This document shows positions 10,886 through 19,938 of a DNA stretch of 64,000 nucleotides, in pieces. A program made the position numbers and the translations under genes. The stretch is from Candidatus Bathyarchaeota archaeon (lineage in GTDB: Archaea > Thermoproteota > Bathyarchaeia > Bathyarchaeales > Bathycorpusculaceae), in NCBI GenBank assembly GCA_963775685.1, contig CAVZJV010000014.1:2144001-2208000 (forward strand), read 5' to 3'. Numbering within the stretch: position 1 is the first letter of the stretch; each line of letters begins with the position of its first letter. Below the pieces are notes generated by a model. It ran no database searches. It was not told the origin of the DNA and was given only the letters and a program-made list of their open reading frames with translations.

Positions 10886-10964
10886 AGATTATTTATTTCT
10901 ACCTATTTATTGGCAGATAAGTTTATATGTGTTTTTGACCATGCTTTATTGTAGGTAGATATGT

Positions 10965-11244
10965 ATGGCAACACAAGTCTTAACTCGAAAACAAATGGGC
11001 GACATGATTGCCCTGGAAGACATCGTTGAATTGAATCCTCAAACCTATTTCGTCAAGTCCCAGAGTTCGAGAGGTGGCTACTCTGTGACAAGGTTCGGGC
11101 AAAGTTGGACGTGCGATTGTCCCCGACTACCGGTACCGGGGAATCAAATGCAAGCGCATCCACGCTGTTGAAGCTCAAATTTCGCAGGTTTCCTCTAAAC
11201 AGGCATGGCCGTTTCCGATAGGGTTATGGGAGGCGACGCGATGA
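10965..11244 (+). CDS. SWIM zinc-finger protein (1-bp frameshift in the C-run at ~11121)
   Basis: YFVKSQS...Y.V...WTCDCP; removing one C gives DYRYRGIKCKRIHAV, and the stop then overlaps the next ATG (ATGA). Confidence 0.65.
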
Positions 11245-11456
11245 TCGAGAGCTGTCCCGACTGCGGATCGAAACATCTTAAGACTTTAGGAATAGAAAAG
11301 AGCGATCGGCTTGGCGACAACTGCACCGTTCTCGTTACAATGTGTAAGTGCAAAGACTGTGAGTGCGAGTTCCGCGAATTCATGGTCACCCACTGGCACC
11401 TCGCAATCACCAAGCACGACCGAATAGAGAGGCTGTTCATGGAGGCGCAACCTTGA
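11241..11456 (+). CDS. Small zinc-ribbon protein
   Basis: GGAGG RBS; CPDC...CKDC. Confidence 0.7.
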   Translation: MIESCPDCGSKHLKTLGIEKSDRLGDNCTVLVTMCKCKDCECEFREFMVTHWHLAITKHDRIERLFMEAQP

Positions 11457-11659
11457 CGTGCCCTGAGTGCCGCGAGATGAACTCCAAGGTTCTCGGATTC
11501 ACAGAATCAAGCAACCTACGAATTGCCCAATTCAAATGTAAGAGTTGTGGATGCGTCTATTCCGTCAAAACTCAAACGGAAATCAATGTCTTGGAACATG
11601 GCAAACGGGCTTGGATGATGGAAGTCTATCAAAAAAAAGAGGAGCGTCAAGCCCTATGA
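11453..11659 (+). CDS. Small zinc-ribbon protein
   Basis: GGAGG RBS, TTG start overlapping the previous stop; CPEC...CKSC. Confidence 0.7.
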   Translation: MTCPECREMNSKVLGFTESSNLRIAQFKCKSCGCVYSVKTQTEINVLEHGKRAWMMEVYQKKEERQAL

Positions 11660-11701
11660 AATCTCCTATAATAGGCTTGAACACATTTGCCGTAAATCCT
11701 G

Positions 11702-12295
11702 CTATGCTTTCCCCGCTTTGTCTTTAGGAGCTGAAGGAGCAACAATTATCTGGCCTTTTAGGACATCAAACGTAATGCTGTGGTCTTTTAAGAAATTAGA
11801 AACCGAGGCCTTGATATTCTTAAAATATCGATCCCATGTAGCTTTGTATCTATCAAGTTTTGCATTGATCATGGCGTCTCTAACTTCACCTTGCAGATAA
11901 AGGTTAATTGTCTCAGTTATGCAAGTGCTAGCTTTGGTTAAATCGTTTAGAAGATCAGAATTGTCAATTCTTGCAAAGGCAACATCTGTTTTGTCTTCGG
12001 GATTCGTAGAAAATAGAGATTTAGCCGAAATTATAACCGCAGGGCTACCTTTTATTTTGAAGGTTTTTATCACTTGCTTGTATTCTTCAGCCGCTAAACT
12101 CCATGCTCCAACGAAAATTGTCTTGCCGGCATCTTTTCCGTAATCCAATAACGCCTTTTTCAACTCCTCATATTTTATCATTCCTGGAATGTAGAAAACG
12201 TACACATCGCAGTCTTCCGGAATTTCAGAGGATAGTTTCAGGTCAGGAACGCTAATTTTCATTATTGTTTGAGGTTTAAAAAGTAGTTCAGGCAT
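11702..12295 (-). CDS. Hypothetical protein (possible thioredoxin-like alpha/beta fold)
   Basis: Intact 197-aa ORF starting ~60 bp from R4. Confidence 0.7.
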   Translation of the reverse strand: MPELLFKPQTIMKISVPDLKLSSEIPEDCDVYVFYIPGMIKYEELKKALLDYGKDAGKTIFVGAWSLAAEEYKQVIKTFKIKGSPAVIISAKSLFSTNPEDKTDVAFARIDNSDLLNDLTKASTCITETINLYLQGEVRDAMINAKLDRYKATWDRYFKNIKASVSNFLKDHSITFDVLKGQIIVAPSAPKDKAGKA

Positions 12296-12357
12296 TTCAA
12301 CCGCCGGTTTTGGATATGATGTTTTCTTAATTTAAGCCTTTGCAGACCTTAAATTAT

Positions 12358-12492
12358 AAGGTCTTCCAAAAATTTACCCCCATAGAGGGAAGAAGGTCTT
12401 TCCGGTTTAAGCTAATGCTCAGAACACAAAAATATAAAAAAATATAATATTGAATGAACCTGCTCTATACCCCTCCGTCGGTGGAAGGCCTT
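12358..12492 (+). repeat. Cassette-boundary repeat R4 (135 bp, best conserved)
   Basis: AAGGTCTTCC-N14-ATAGAG...TAATGCTCAGAACA...CTCTAT-N14-GGAAGGCCTT. Confidence 0.9.
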
Positions 12493-12892
12493 ATTTGGTG
12501 AAGCTGTCGGGTTGAGCGTCTTCTTCAAGCAAGCTTGTATACAAGCGAAATTTTTCATCGTAAATGTCGGCCAAATGCGCATCATCCCAGATTTTTGATC
12601 GGCTCCTGACGGCTGCGTGCCAAAACTTCTGCTCTTCTTCATATCCGGCAACGTAAACTTCAAGAAAATAGAAGACTTCGCATTCTTGATTCTCTATCTT
12701 AGGAATGAAGGCATAAGTGACAATGCCTTGTTCGTTGTCCGAAGTAAATTTCATCGCGTTTTGGATGCTGGCAGACATTGTTTTTAGCGTTTCTTTGATT
12801 GCTGTTTTATGGCTTTTGGGAATCTTGTTTTTCTTGTTCCAGAGGATTTCGCAGTCTAAAGACAGAGAACTCTTCCATGTGGCATCTTGCAC
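12491..12892 (-). CDS. Hypothetical protein filling the first (integrase-proximal) cassette
   Basis: GAGGA RBS and GTG start ~21 bp inside R5; the TAA stop overlaps the end of R4. Confidence 0.7.
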   Translation of the reverse strand: MQDATWKSSLSLDCEILWNKKNKIPKSHKTAIKETLKTMSASIQNAMKFTSDNEQGIVTYAFIPKIENQECEVFYFLEVYVAGYEEEQKFWHAAVRSRSKIWDDAHLADIYDEKFRLYTSLLEEDAQPDSFTK

Positions 12893-12913
12893 ATTAGTGG
12901 TTCCTCGGGATAT

Positions 12914-12970
12914 AAGGCCTTCCAACAATTGGGGGGGTATAGAGGGAAGAAGGTCTGTCTGGTTAGCCTA
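12914..12970 (+). repeat. Half repeat R5 (left arm only), candidate attI-like insertion site
   Basis: AAGGCCTTCC-N15-ATAGAGGGAAGAAGGTCTGTCTGGTTAGCCTA matches the left half of R3/R4, then diverges into the integrase upstream region. Confidence 0.8.
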
Positions 12971-13073
12971 CGGCCTCTTTTTGAGCTTATTTTCTTGCCC
13001 ATTTCTTACCATAGGGACGACTTGTACAGTATTAATTCAGATTGCTTTGGGCTTTCCTTTGAGGTAATCCTGA

Positions 13074-14279
13074 ATGAGCTTTCTCGCCTGCCCAACCTGC
13101 AAATCATTGCGACTGTTCAAGAACGGCAAGCGCAAGCTTCGGACTGGCGAGAAGGTTCAAACTTACATATGCCGCGAGTGCGGGAAACGGTTTGCTGAAC
13201 CTCGGCCGCAACAGGTTTCTCCTGAGAGGTCAATAAATAGCCCAGGCGGTACATCGATAGATAGTCAAATATGCGCTTTAAAGGAAGCGAAAAATTTGGT
13301 CTTTGCACAAAAAACCAAGATTTGTGCGGGAGAAAAACAACCACATGAACCAGCAAAGTTATTGCCACCAGACGCAGTAAGCTTAATCACACAGTTGATG
13401 GCATGGCTTGAGAAAGAATGCTATGCCCACGAAAATAGCTACCCCGCCTTTCTACGTTCGCTTGTTAATCGCGGCGCCAACCTAAGGGACCCCGAAAACG
13501 TCAAAGAAATCATCGGGAAAATGAATTGCAAGAACGGCACCAAGATGCTGTATAGCTATGCCTACAAAGCCTTGGCAGATATGCTGAAAATACCTTTTGA
13601 GCGACCTAAGAACCTGAAACAAGACGACTTTGACCCTACATTCCTGATGAGTCTGAACTTGACGCAGTGATAAACGCAGCACTAAAAAAAAGAATGGCTA
13701 CCTACCTGCAAACACTCAAAGAAACTTTCGCTGACCCAGGAGAGGCTTTACGAATCAAATGGATTGACATCAATGAAAAAAATAGCACAGTCAAAATCAA
13801 CTACCCTATAAAAGAACACAATACGCGGACGCTCGAGGTCTCAAACAAGCTAATTGCCATGCTCAACGCTTTACCCAAGACATCCGAACTTATTTTTCCC
13901 ATAAAATACTCCAGTATGCTATATACTTACGTCCGCCTGCGTAAGCGTGTCGCTGAGTTGCAGCAAAACCCTCGTATTCCATCAGTCGAGCTTAAGGTCT
14001 TTCCGCCATTGGGGAGGCACAATGCTTGCTTGGAAGTCCAACGGCAATGTTTTGATAGTGAAAAATATGTTTGGACATAAGAACGTAAAAAACACGATGA
14101 GGTATATCGGAAAGATACATTTCAAGGATGACGACTTTGAAACAACAGCCGCAACTACTCTCGAGGAGGTCCTTGCATTAGGAAAAGCTGGTTGGATAAA
14201 GTATGATGAAATCACCGTCGGCGGCACAATTGTACACGTTTGCAAGAAACCCAAGAAGTTCCAAAGCGCTGCGGTCTAA
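13074..14279 (+). CDS. Tyrosine recombinase/site-specific integrase with N-terminal zinc ribbon (two 1-bp frameshifts, ~13635 and ~13994)
   Basis: N-terminal CPTC...CREC; box I-like LKETFADPGEALRIKWIDI; box II SFRHWGG...FGHKNVKNTMRY; three overlapping ORFs join on single-base corrections. Confidence 0.85.
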
Positions 14280-14401
14280 AAAAACCGCTCAGAATCTCGA
14301 TATATACTATTAAGGTCAAAATAGATATCATTAAGCTTTTATACGTATGTTGATGAGAGATGTTAAAAAGAAGATGAGCGCTTCCGAGAGGTAAAGACTA
14401 A

Positions 14402-17400
14402 ATGCCCTACATAAAAAAAATCGAGTTAAAAGGCTTTAAGTCTTTTGGACCCCAAACAGTAAAAGTTAATCTAGATAAGGGGTTCACGGCCATAACTGGT
14501 CCAAACGGAAGCGGCAAAACCAACATCATGGACGCACTCCTCTTCTCGTTGGGCGAATTGAGCACCAAAAGGCTCCGTGCCGAAAACTCGGCTAAACTGA
14601 TTTTTCATGGTTCCGAGAAAGCTGGGCAAGAAAAAGCAAAAATGGCAAAGGTAGTTGTCCAATTCGACAACACTGATGGCACCATGCCTGTTGATACGAC
14701 TACCGTAACGATTTCAAGAGAAGTATACCGCAACGGGCAAAGTATTTACCGCTTAAACGGGCGCAGAATGTCCCGCACACACATTACCGAAACCCTCTCC
14801 ATGGCTGCAATCAGTAGCATGAGCCAAAACATCATCCCCCAGGGCACAATCACGCGTTTAACCGACCTAACCTCTATGGAAAGGCGAAAAATCATTGAAG
14901 ATCTCATCGGCATAGCTCAGTACGACTCTGAAAAGACTGAGGCGGAAGAGAAACTTCGTGCTGCCGATATATCCATCCGTACCGCCATGGGCAGAATCGA
15001 CGAAGTTCAAAAACGCCTCGACGACCTTGAAAGGGAACGCAACCAACTCCTTCGCTACAATTTTATCCAAGCCGAAATCCGAAAATTTCAAGCCGTCAAA
15101 ATCTCAAACGACGTTGCCCAGCAAAACACAAAAATTAGCGAAAACACAGCCCAAGCCCTGAAGGTCAAAGAGAGAGTTGACAAGCTAAAAGAACAACGGG
15201 ACCTACGAAGGAGCAAACGTCATACAATTGAGGGTGACTGGAGAAAGCTCAGCGGTGAAGGCCTTGAACAAGGAGGCTCAGAAGTTCTCAAGGTCCAAAT
15301 AAAGATTGGGGAGCTAAAATCCAATTTAACTGAATTAACCACCAAGATTAGTTCGGGGCAGTCGAGCCTAGAAAGCTTCAGACGTGTTAGAGAAAACAAC
15401 CTAAACCAACACGACACGTTGCAGAAAGAAATAAGGGAAAACAGGCTTAGAATCCGCTCCTTCCGTACGGAGCTCGAAAAACTAAAGGATCAGTTGGCAG
15501 AAAAACAAGTAGCACATGAAGGGCTAGCAAAGGAAACTGCCCAGCTCTGGGAGGGACTAGACGGCAACAACCAGCAAATCCGCGCTCTAGATAACCAGAC
15601 CCAAGAGCACCTTAAGCGACTGGCATACTTGCGTTCTGAATACAAACAAGACAAAGCAGCCTTACGCCTCTGCGCTGGCAGACTCAAGAACCTGAGCGTA
15701 CGCAAAGAGAAATTCCAGTCAAGCCAAGTTGAAATCGAAAAATCCTTGTCTGAACTTGAGCAGGTGCAGCGTGACCAGAGAGCCCAATTCAAAAACCTTG
15801 AACATACAATCGAACGCAAAAAACTTCAAAAAGAAACTGTTCAAAAAGAAATTGCGGAAGCAGAAAAAATCGCTAGCTCCGCAAAAGACGCCGTAGTAGA
15901 ATTCGCGACACAAAGAGACCTTGCCGCAACCATCGCTGCCGAAGAAAAAGCCCTGCGAGGAATTGAAGAAATGGGCGATGTGGGCGCGATTTCGGGTATT
16001 CATGGTCGGCTTCGCAACTTGATAAAGCTCGATAAGAGCTTCAAGAAAGCCATCGAAGCAGCCGCCACAGGCTGGCTAGACGCACTGGTCGTAAAGGACG
16101 TCGACATTGCCTTCACCTGCACAGAAACACTGCGTCGCATGAAACTTGGAAGAATCAAAATCATTCCCCTCCAAGGCGCAATAACCATCAAAAACAAAGC
16201 ACCCCCCAAACGCGAAGGCGTCATGGGGCCCCTCTCTAGTTTCATGAAGTATGATGGCGAATTTGAACTAGCGGTTAATTATGTGTTCGGAGATACAATA
16301 GTTGTCTCAAACGACAAGACCGCTTTTGCCTTATCAAATGAAGGTTACCGCGCTGTCACTACAAGTGGCGACCTCTATGAGCCAGGCGCTTTTGAGGGAG
16401 GTTACTACCGTGCACCAATCGACTTCTCTACAATAATCCCCAGTGAAGGCGCACTAAAGAGCCTTGACGAAGCTGTAAAGGCGCTCCAGACCCACCTGAT
16501 CCAACGCGGCACGGACATTGTAAGCATCGAAGAAGAGCTTGAACACGCCAAGATTGAGATAACCCGGCTAGTTGACTCTATCGCCACCTTAGACAGGGAA
16601 ATCATTAGGGTAAAGAGGGGCGTTAAACGTACTCAGTTCAACATTCGCCACATCGACAAGTACGGCGGCAAACTTGAACGCGAAGCAGCCGCTTACAAAG
16701 GACGCATGGCTATGTTCCGCAACGAACGCAACTCCATTCAGGGAAGCCTCAAAAAAATCCACACTGAAATCGCAAGCTTGAGGTTGAAAACTGACCTAGC
16801 ACACATCCAGGAGATGGAGGTTCAGCGGGAAAAGCTCGGTGAAGAAGCCAACACTCTTCGGCAAAGGTTAGGGTCAGTGCAAACGGAAATATCTACTCAC
16901 CAATCCCAGTTTGACAGGGTTTTGCGGGTGAGTTACAAGAACACCAAGATAACGCTTTCAAGAATGGATCAGCAGCAAGGTAAACTTGCAAAAGAAGTGG
17001 CAGATGCACTGCTTGAACGCGACACAATCAAAAAAGAAGCCGAGGAGCTGGAGAAGAGTCGCGTGGAGCTTTCAAATGCTGTGCTCTCTGCGCGTGAGGA
17101 ATCCAAAAAATTCACCAGCCAAATCGATAGCATCGACGGGGAGTTGCGGCTTTTGGACACCGAGTACGAGCAGGCTGACAGGCTTCTAAATCAACTTAAC
17201 CTGGGTATAGAAACCACTCAGATGCGTCTTCAGCAGCTTCAAGGGCAACTTAAACAGTTCGGCTATGAGCAGCCCTTAGAAACTAGTCCTCGGCAGGTGC
17301 AGGAGGCAGAAACAACCATTCGCATGATGCAGTTTGAAATGGAACGCATCGGCGCCATAAACCAGCTGGCGGCCCAGCATTACTCTGACCAGATTTCACG

Positions 17401-17953
17401 TTACCGAGAACTGTCCGTGCGCCTAAACGAGTTGGAGCGGGAAAAACAAGCCATTGTGGCGTTTATGGATGAGATTGAAGCCAAAAAACGCAAGGTTTTT
17501 ATGAATGCGTTTGAAAAAATTAACATCAGCCTAAAAGTGTATTTTGCCAAGCTTACAGGCGGTGGAGAAGCAACCCTTAAGTTGGAAAACCCAGAAGAAC
17601 CCTTCTCCGGAGGTATAGACATGGTGGTGCAGTTCCCAAACAAACCCTCCATTGTTGTAAGCGGTGCAAGCGGCGGCGAACGTTCCGTTTCAGCCGTTAG
17701 CTTCATATTCTCCCTCAAAGAATTCTCTCCCGCATCCTTTTACATCCTAGACGAAGTTGATGCCCACTTAGATGCGTACCACACAACCAAACTTGCCGAG
17801 GTACTTTTGGAGGAAGCGGGAAAAATCCAGTTCATTGTAATCAGCCTACGCCCGGAAATGGTTAACAAAGCACAGAAAGTCTACGGCGTCTACGAACGCA
17901 ACGGCATCTCAAATGTGGTAACGGCAAAATTCCCGCAGGAGGCACCACACTAA
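14402..17953 (+). CDS. smc: Chromosome segregation protein SMC
   Basis: Walker A GPNGSGKTN; coiled coils; hinge GIHGRL; signature ASGGE; Walker B LDEVDAHLD. Confidence 0.97.
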   Translation: MPYIKKIELKGFKSFGPQTVKVNLDKGFTAITGPNGSGKTNIMDALLFSLGELSTKRLRAENSAKLIFHGSEKAGQEKAKMAKVVVQFDNTDGTMPVDTTTVTISREVYRNGQSIYRLNGRRMSRTHITETLSMAAISSMSQNIIPQGTITRLTDLTSMERRKIIEDLIGIAQYDSEKTEAEEKLRAADISIRTAMGRIDEVQKRLDDLERERNQLLRYNFIQAEIRKFQAVKISNDVAQQNTKISENTAQALKVKERVDKLKEQRDLRRSKRHTIEGDWRKLSGEGLEQGGSEVLKVQIKIGELKSNLTELTTKISSGQSSLESFRRVRENNLNQHDTLQKEIRENRLRIRSFRTELEKLKDQLAEKQVAHEGLAKETAQLWEGLDGNNQQIRALDNQTQEHLKRLAYLRSEYKQDKAALRLCAGRLKNLSVRKEKFQSSQVEIEKSLSELEQVQRDQRAQFKNLEHTIERKKLQKETVQKEIAEAEKIASSAKDAVVEFATQRDLAATIAAEEKALRGIEEMGDVGAISGIHGRLRNLIKLDKSFKKAIEAAATGWLDALVVKDVDIAFTCTETLRRMKLGRIKIIPLQGAITIKNKAPPKREGVMGPLSSFMKYDGEFELAVNYVFGDTIVVSNDKTAFALSNEGYRAVTTSGDLYEPGAFEGGYYRAPIDFSTIIPSEGALKSLDEAVKALQTHLIQRGTDIVSIEEELEHAKIEITRLVDSIATLDREIIRVKRGVKRTQFNIRHIDKYGGKLEREAAAYKGRMAMFRNERNSIQGSLKKIHTEIASLRLKTDLAHIQEMEVQREKLGEEANTLRQRLGSVQTEISTHQSQFDRVLRVSYKNTKITLSRMDQQQGKLAKEVADALLERDTIKKEAEELEKSRVELSNAVLSAREESKKFTSQIDSIDGELRLLDTEYEQADRLLNQLNLGIETTQMRLQQLQGQLKQFGYEQPLETSPRQVQEAETTIRMMQFEMERIGAINQLAAQHYSDQISRYRELSVRLNELEREKQAIVAFMDEIEAKKRKVFMNAFEKINISLKVYFAKLTGGGEATLKLENPEEPFSGGIDMVVQFPNKPSIVVSGASGGERSVSAVSFIFSLKEFSPASFYILDEVDAHLDAYHTTKLAEVLLEEAGKIQFIVISLRPEMVNKAQKVYGVYERNGISNVVTAKFPQEAPH

Positions 17954-17954
17954 C

Positions 17955-18674
17955 ATGGTATCAACCTCGGCAACCCCAATGAGACGACCCTTCTATTTGC
18001 GTCCACCCTGGAACATTCTGTTCGAAATCAGCAAACTCGAAAAACTAACCCCTTGGAACATCAACATAGCCTACCTGCTTAGGTCTTTTCTGTTAGAGAT
18101 GGAGAAATCAGCCCCGGACAAAGTTGATTTTCGCGCCTCAGGAGTTGCCTTAGATTCTTCCGCATTAATCTACCTCATGAAATCTAAACTTTTGCTTACG
18201 CTTCAGGAGCCGCCCACACCGCCAGCGAAGATTCCAACAGACTTTGTTCCGCCGCCCCTATTTTTGCCGTTGCGCCACGAGTTAACCTCCACAACCATCC
18301 AGAACTTGCTCGCAGTTTTAGACGACGTGTTAAAAGGCGAAAAACTGCTAGCCCTCAAACACGTAGTCGAGCAGCATCCGATTTTGCCAGCTATGACGGA
18401 TTTGCTTCCGAAATTTGACAAGTTTATTGCTGAACTCGAGTTTGAAGTCGACAAACTTTACGCTATACTCTGCGAGAAAGTTAATGGCCAAGGCATTATT
18501 GACTTCACAACCCTCTCCAAAGGCGCAACCCGCATCGAAGCCCTCAGAATGTTTATCTATTTGTTGTTCCTTGCGCAGGATGGTTTAGTTAGCCTTTGGC
18601 AGAATGAGGAAACAGAGGAACTCTACATAGCTGTGGGGAAACTAAATGTTGGAAAAGCCGAACCGAACTGTTGA
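17955..18674 (+). CDS. scpA: Segregation and condensation protein A (kleisin)
   Basis: PWNINI and SGVALDSSALIYLMKS motifs, C-terminal FIYLLFLAQDG.V.L.Q; lies between smc and scpB. Confidence 0.9.
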   Translation: MVSTSATPMRRPFYLRPPWNILFEISKLEKLTPWNINIAYLLRSFLLEMEKSAPDKVDFRASGVALDSSALIYLMKSKLLLTLQEPPTPPAKIPTDFVPPPLFLPLRHELTSTTIQNLLAVLDDVLKGEKLLALKHVVEQHPILPAMTDLLPKFDKFIAELEFEVDKLYAILCEKVNGQGIIDFTTLSKGATRIEALRMFIYLLFLAQDGLVSLWQNEETEELYIAVGKLNVGKAEPNC

Positions 18675-19311
18675 ACAGAGCCCAACCCAGAACCCTGCGG
18701 TTGAGGTTGCGCATGAAGTCGACAGAAAAGCTCATCTTTTGGCACTGTTAGAGGCAGCCCTCTATGTTGCTGGTCGCCCATTAGACCTAAACGAGCTGTG
18801 TCAGGTTGTTGGCAGCCGCTCCAAGAAGAGGACCCAAACCTACATTGAAGTGCTCATGAAAGAATATGCTACACGGAATACGGCTTTGGAGCTGTTGGCG
18901 CTTAAGAATGAACGCTACGTTTTACAGGTAAAAGCAGAATTTACTCATTTGATTAAGAAACTGGTAAATCGCCCCTTGCTCTCGTCAGGTCCACTTAAAA
19001 CACTCTCCTACATCGCCTACCGCCAACCCATCTCCCAGAAAAGAGTAATAGAGGTTCGGGGACAACACGCCTACGGACACGTCAAGTTACTCAAGGACAT
19101 GGGCTTAATATTGTCTGAGAGAAGTGGGCGCACCTTGGCACTGAAAACTACTGATTACTTCTCTGACTACTTCGGCTTGACTACGGATACTTCGATCATG
19201 AAGAAGGACCTCAAGAAGATTTTCGGAGAAGCCATAAAAGAGGATTTGGCAGGGCGTCAACAAAAAGAAAGAGTGCAAGAAAACCAAGAAAATAATGTCG
19301 AGGACGCGTAG
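18646..19311 (+). CDS. scpB: SMC-Scp complex subunit ScpB
   Basis: LEAALYVAGRPL and LKTLSYIAYRQPI...IEVRG...TTDYFSDYFGL. Confidence 0.93.
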   Translation: MLEKPNRTVEQSPTQNPAVEVAHEVDRKAHLLALLEAALYVAGRPLDLNELCQVVGSRSKKRTQTYIEVLMKEYATRNTALELLALKNERYVLQVKAEFTHLIKKLVNRPLLSSGPLKTLSYIAYRQPISQKRVIEVRGQHAYGHVKLLKDMGLILSERSGRTLALKTTDYFSDYFGLTTDTSIMKKDLKKIFGEAIKEDLAGRQQKERVQENQENNVEDA

Positions 19312-19539
19312 GCCACTTCTAAATACTAATAACCAGCGCAACCAACAAACAGTCGGAATCTAAGAACATTAAACGCGATTAGTCTGTCGTCGCGTTAGTT
19401 GTTGTCGTGGTAATAGAGGCTTTTCTTTCGCATAGTAAACAAAAACCCAAACACAATACGCAACGAAGGTCTTTTGACGGATATGTTTATATTGAAATCT
19501 ATGGTTTTAGTTGCTACTCGAATCAAGGATAGGTAGAAT

Positions 19540-19932
19540 ATGTCTACTCATAGTAGTTTACGCAAAAGAAAGCTCACAGGCGGCAAAAAACGCGCTTACC
19601 GTAGCAAGAAGAAGTATGAAGCAGGTGGGTTCCCAGCTGAAACAATTTTGGGTGAGCCAAAACGCAAGGTCACCAGAGGCATGGGCGGAAACACCAAAAT
19701 CAAAGTCTTAACCGACAAATTTGCCTCCGTTACTGACCCAAAAAGCGGCAACACTGAAAAAGCTGAAATTACCCGAGTCGTCAAAAACGCCGCAAACGTC
19801 GATTATAACCGACGGGGCGTCATAACAAAAGGCGCAGAAATCGAAACCTCACTGGGCTTAGCAAAAGTTACTAGCCGACCCGGCAGCGACGGCATAATTA
19901 ACGCTGTCCTGATCAGCAAAGAAAAAGTCTAA
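19540..19932 (+). CDS. rps8e: 30S ribosomal protein S8e
   Basis: RKLTGGK...KKKYEAG...NVDYNRRGVITKGAEIET...VTSRPG. Confidence 0.97.
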   Translation: MSTHSSLRKRKLTGGKKRAYRSKKKYEAGGFPAETILGEPKRKVTRGMGGNTKIKVLTDKFASVTDPKSGNTEKAEITRVVKNAANVDYNRRGVITKGAEIETSLGLAKVTSRPGSDGIINAVLISKEKV

Positions 19933-19938
19933 AATTTT

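Larger units (their letters stand above)
8207..14279. mobile_element. Integron-like array: recombinase plus repeat-delimited gene cassettes
   Basis: Four full and one half co-oriented repeats interspersed with small unrelated genes, adjacent to a divergent tyrosine recombinase. Confidence 0.65.

Noticed and set aside
8207-12970. Repeat array as a CRISPR array
   Set aside because: Repeats are ~135 bp and divergent, and the intervals are 0.4-2.1 kb containing genes
8207-12970. Repeats as MITEs or canonical attC sites
   Set aside because: No target-site duplications; all copies are co-oriented and confined next to the recombinase; no AAC/GTT cores. A MITE origin is disfavoured but cannot be excluded from one window.
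13992-14003. TAAGGTCTTTCC inside the integrase, resembling repeat box A at the frameshift
   Set aside because: Short match with no box B at the expected spacing; explained by the K-S-F-R codons
17660-17685. SMC signature ASGGE instead of LSGGE
   Set aside because: All other ATPase motifs are intact; likely tolerated lineage variation
19311-19540. Possible SRP RNA or sRNA near srp19/rps8e
   Set aside because: Only a 7-bp stem; too short and too AT-rich for 7S RNA
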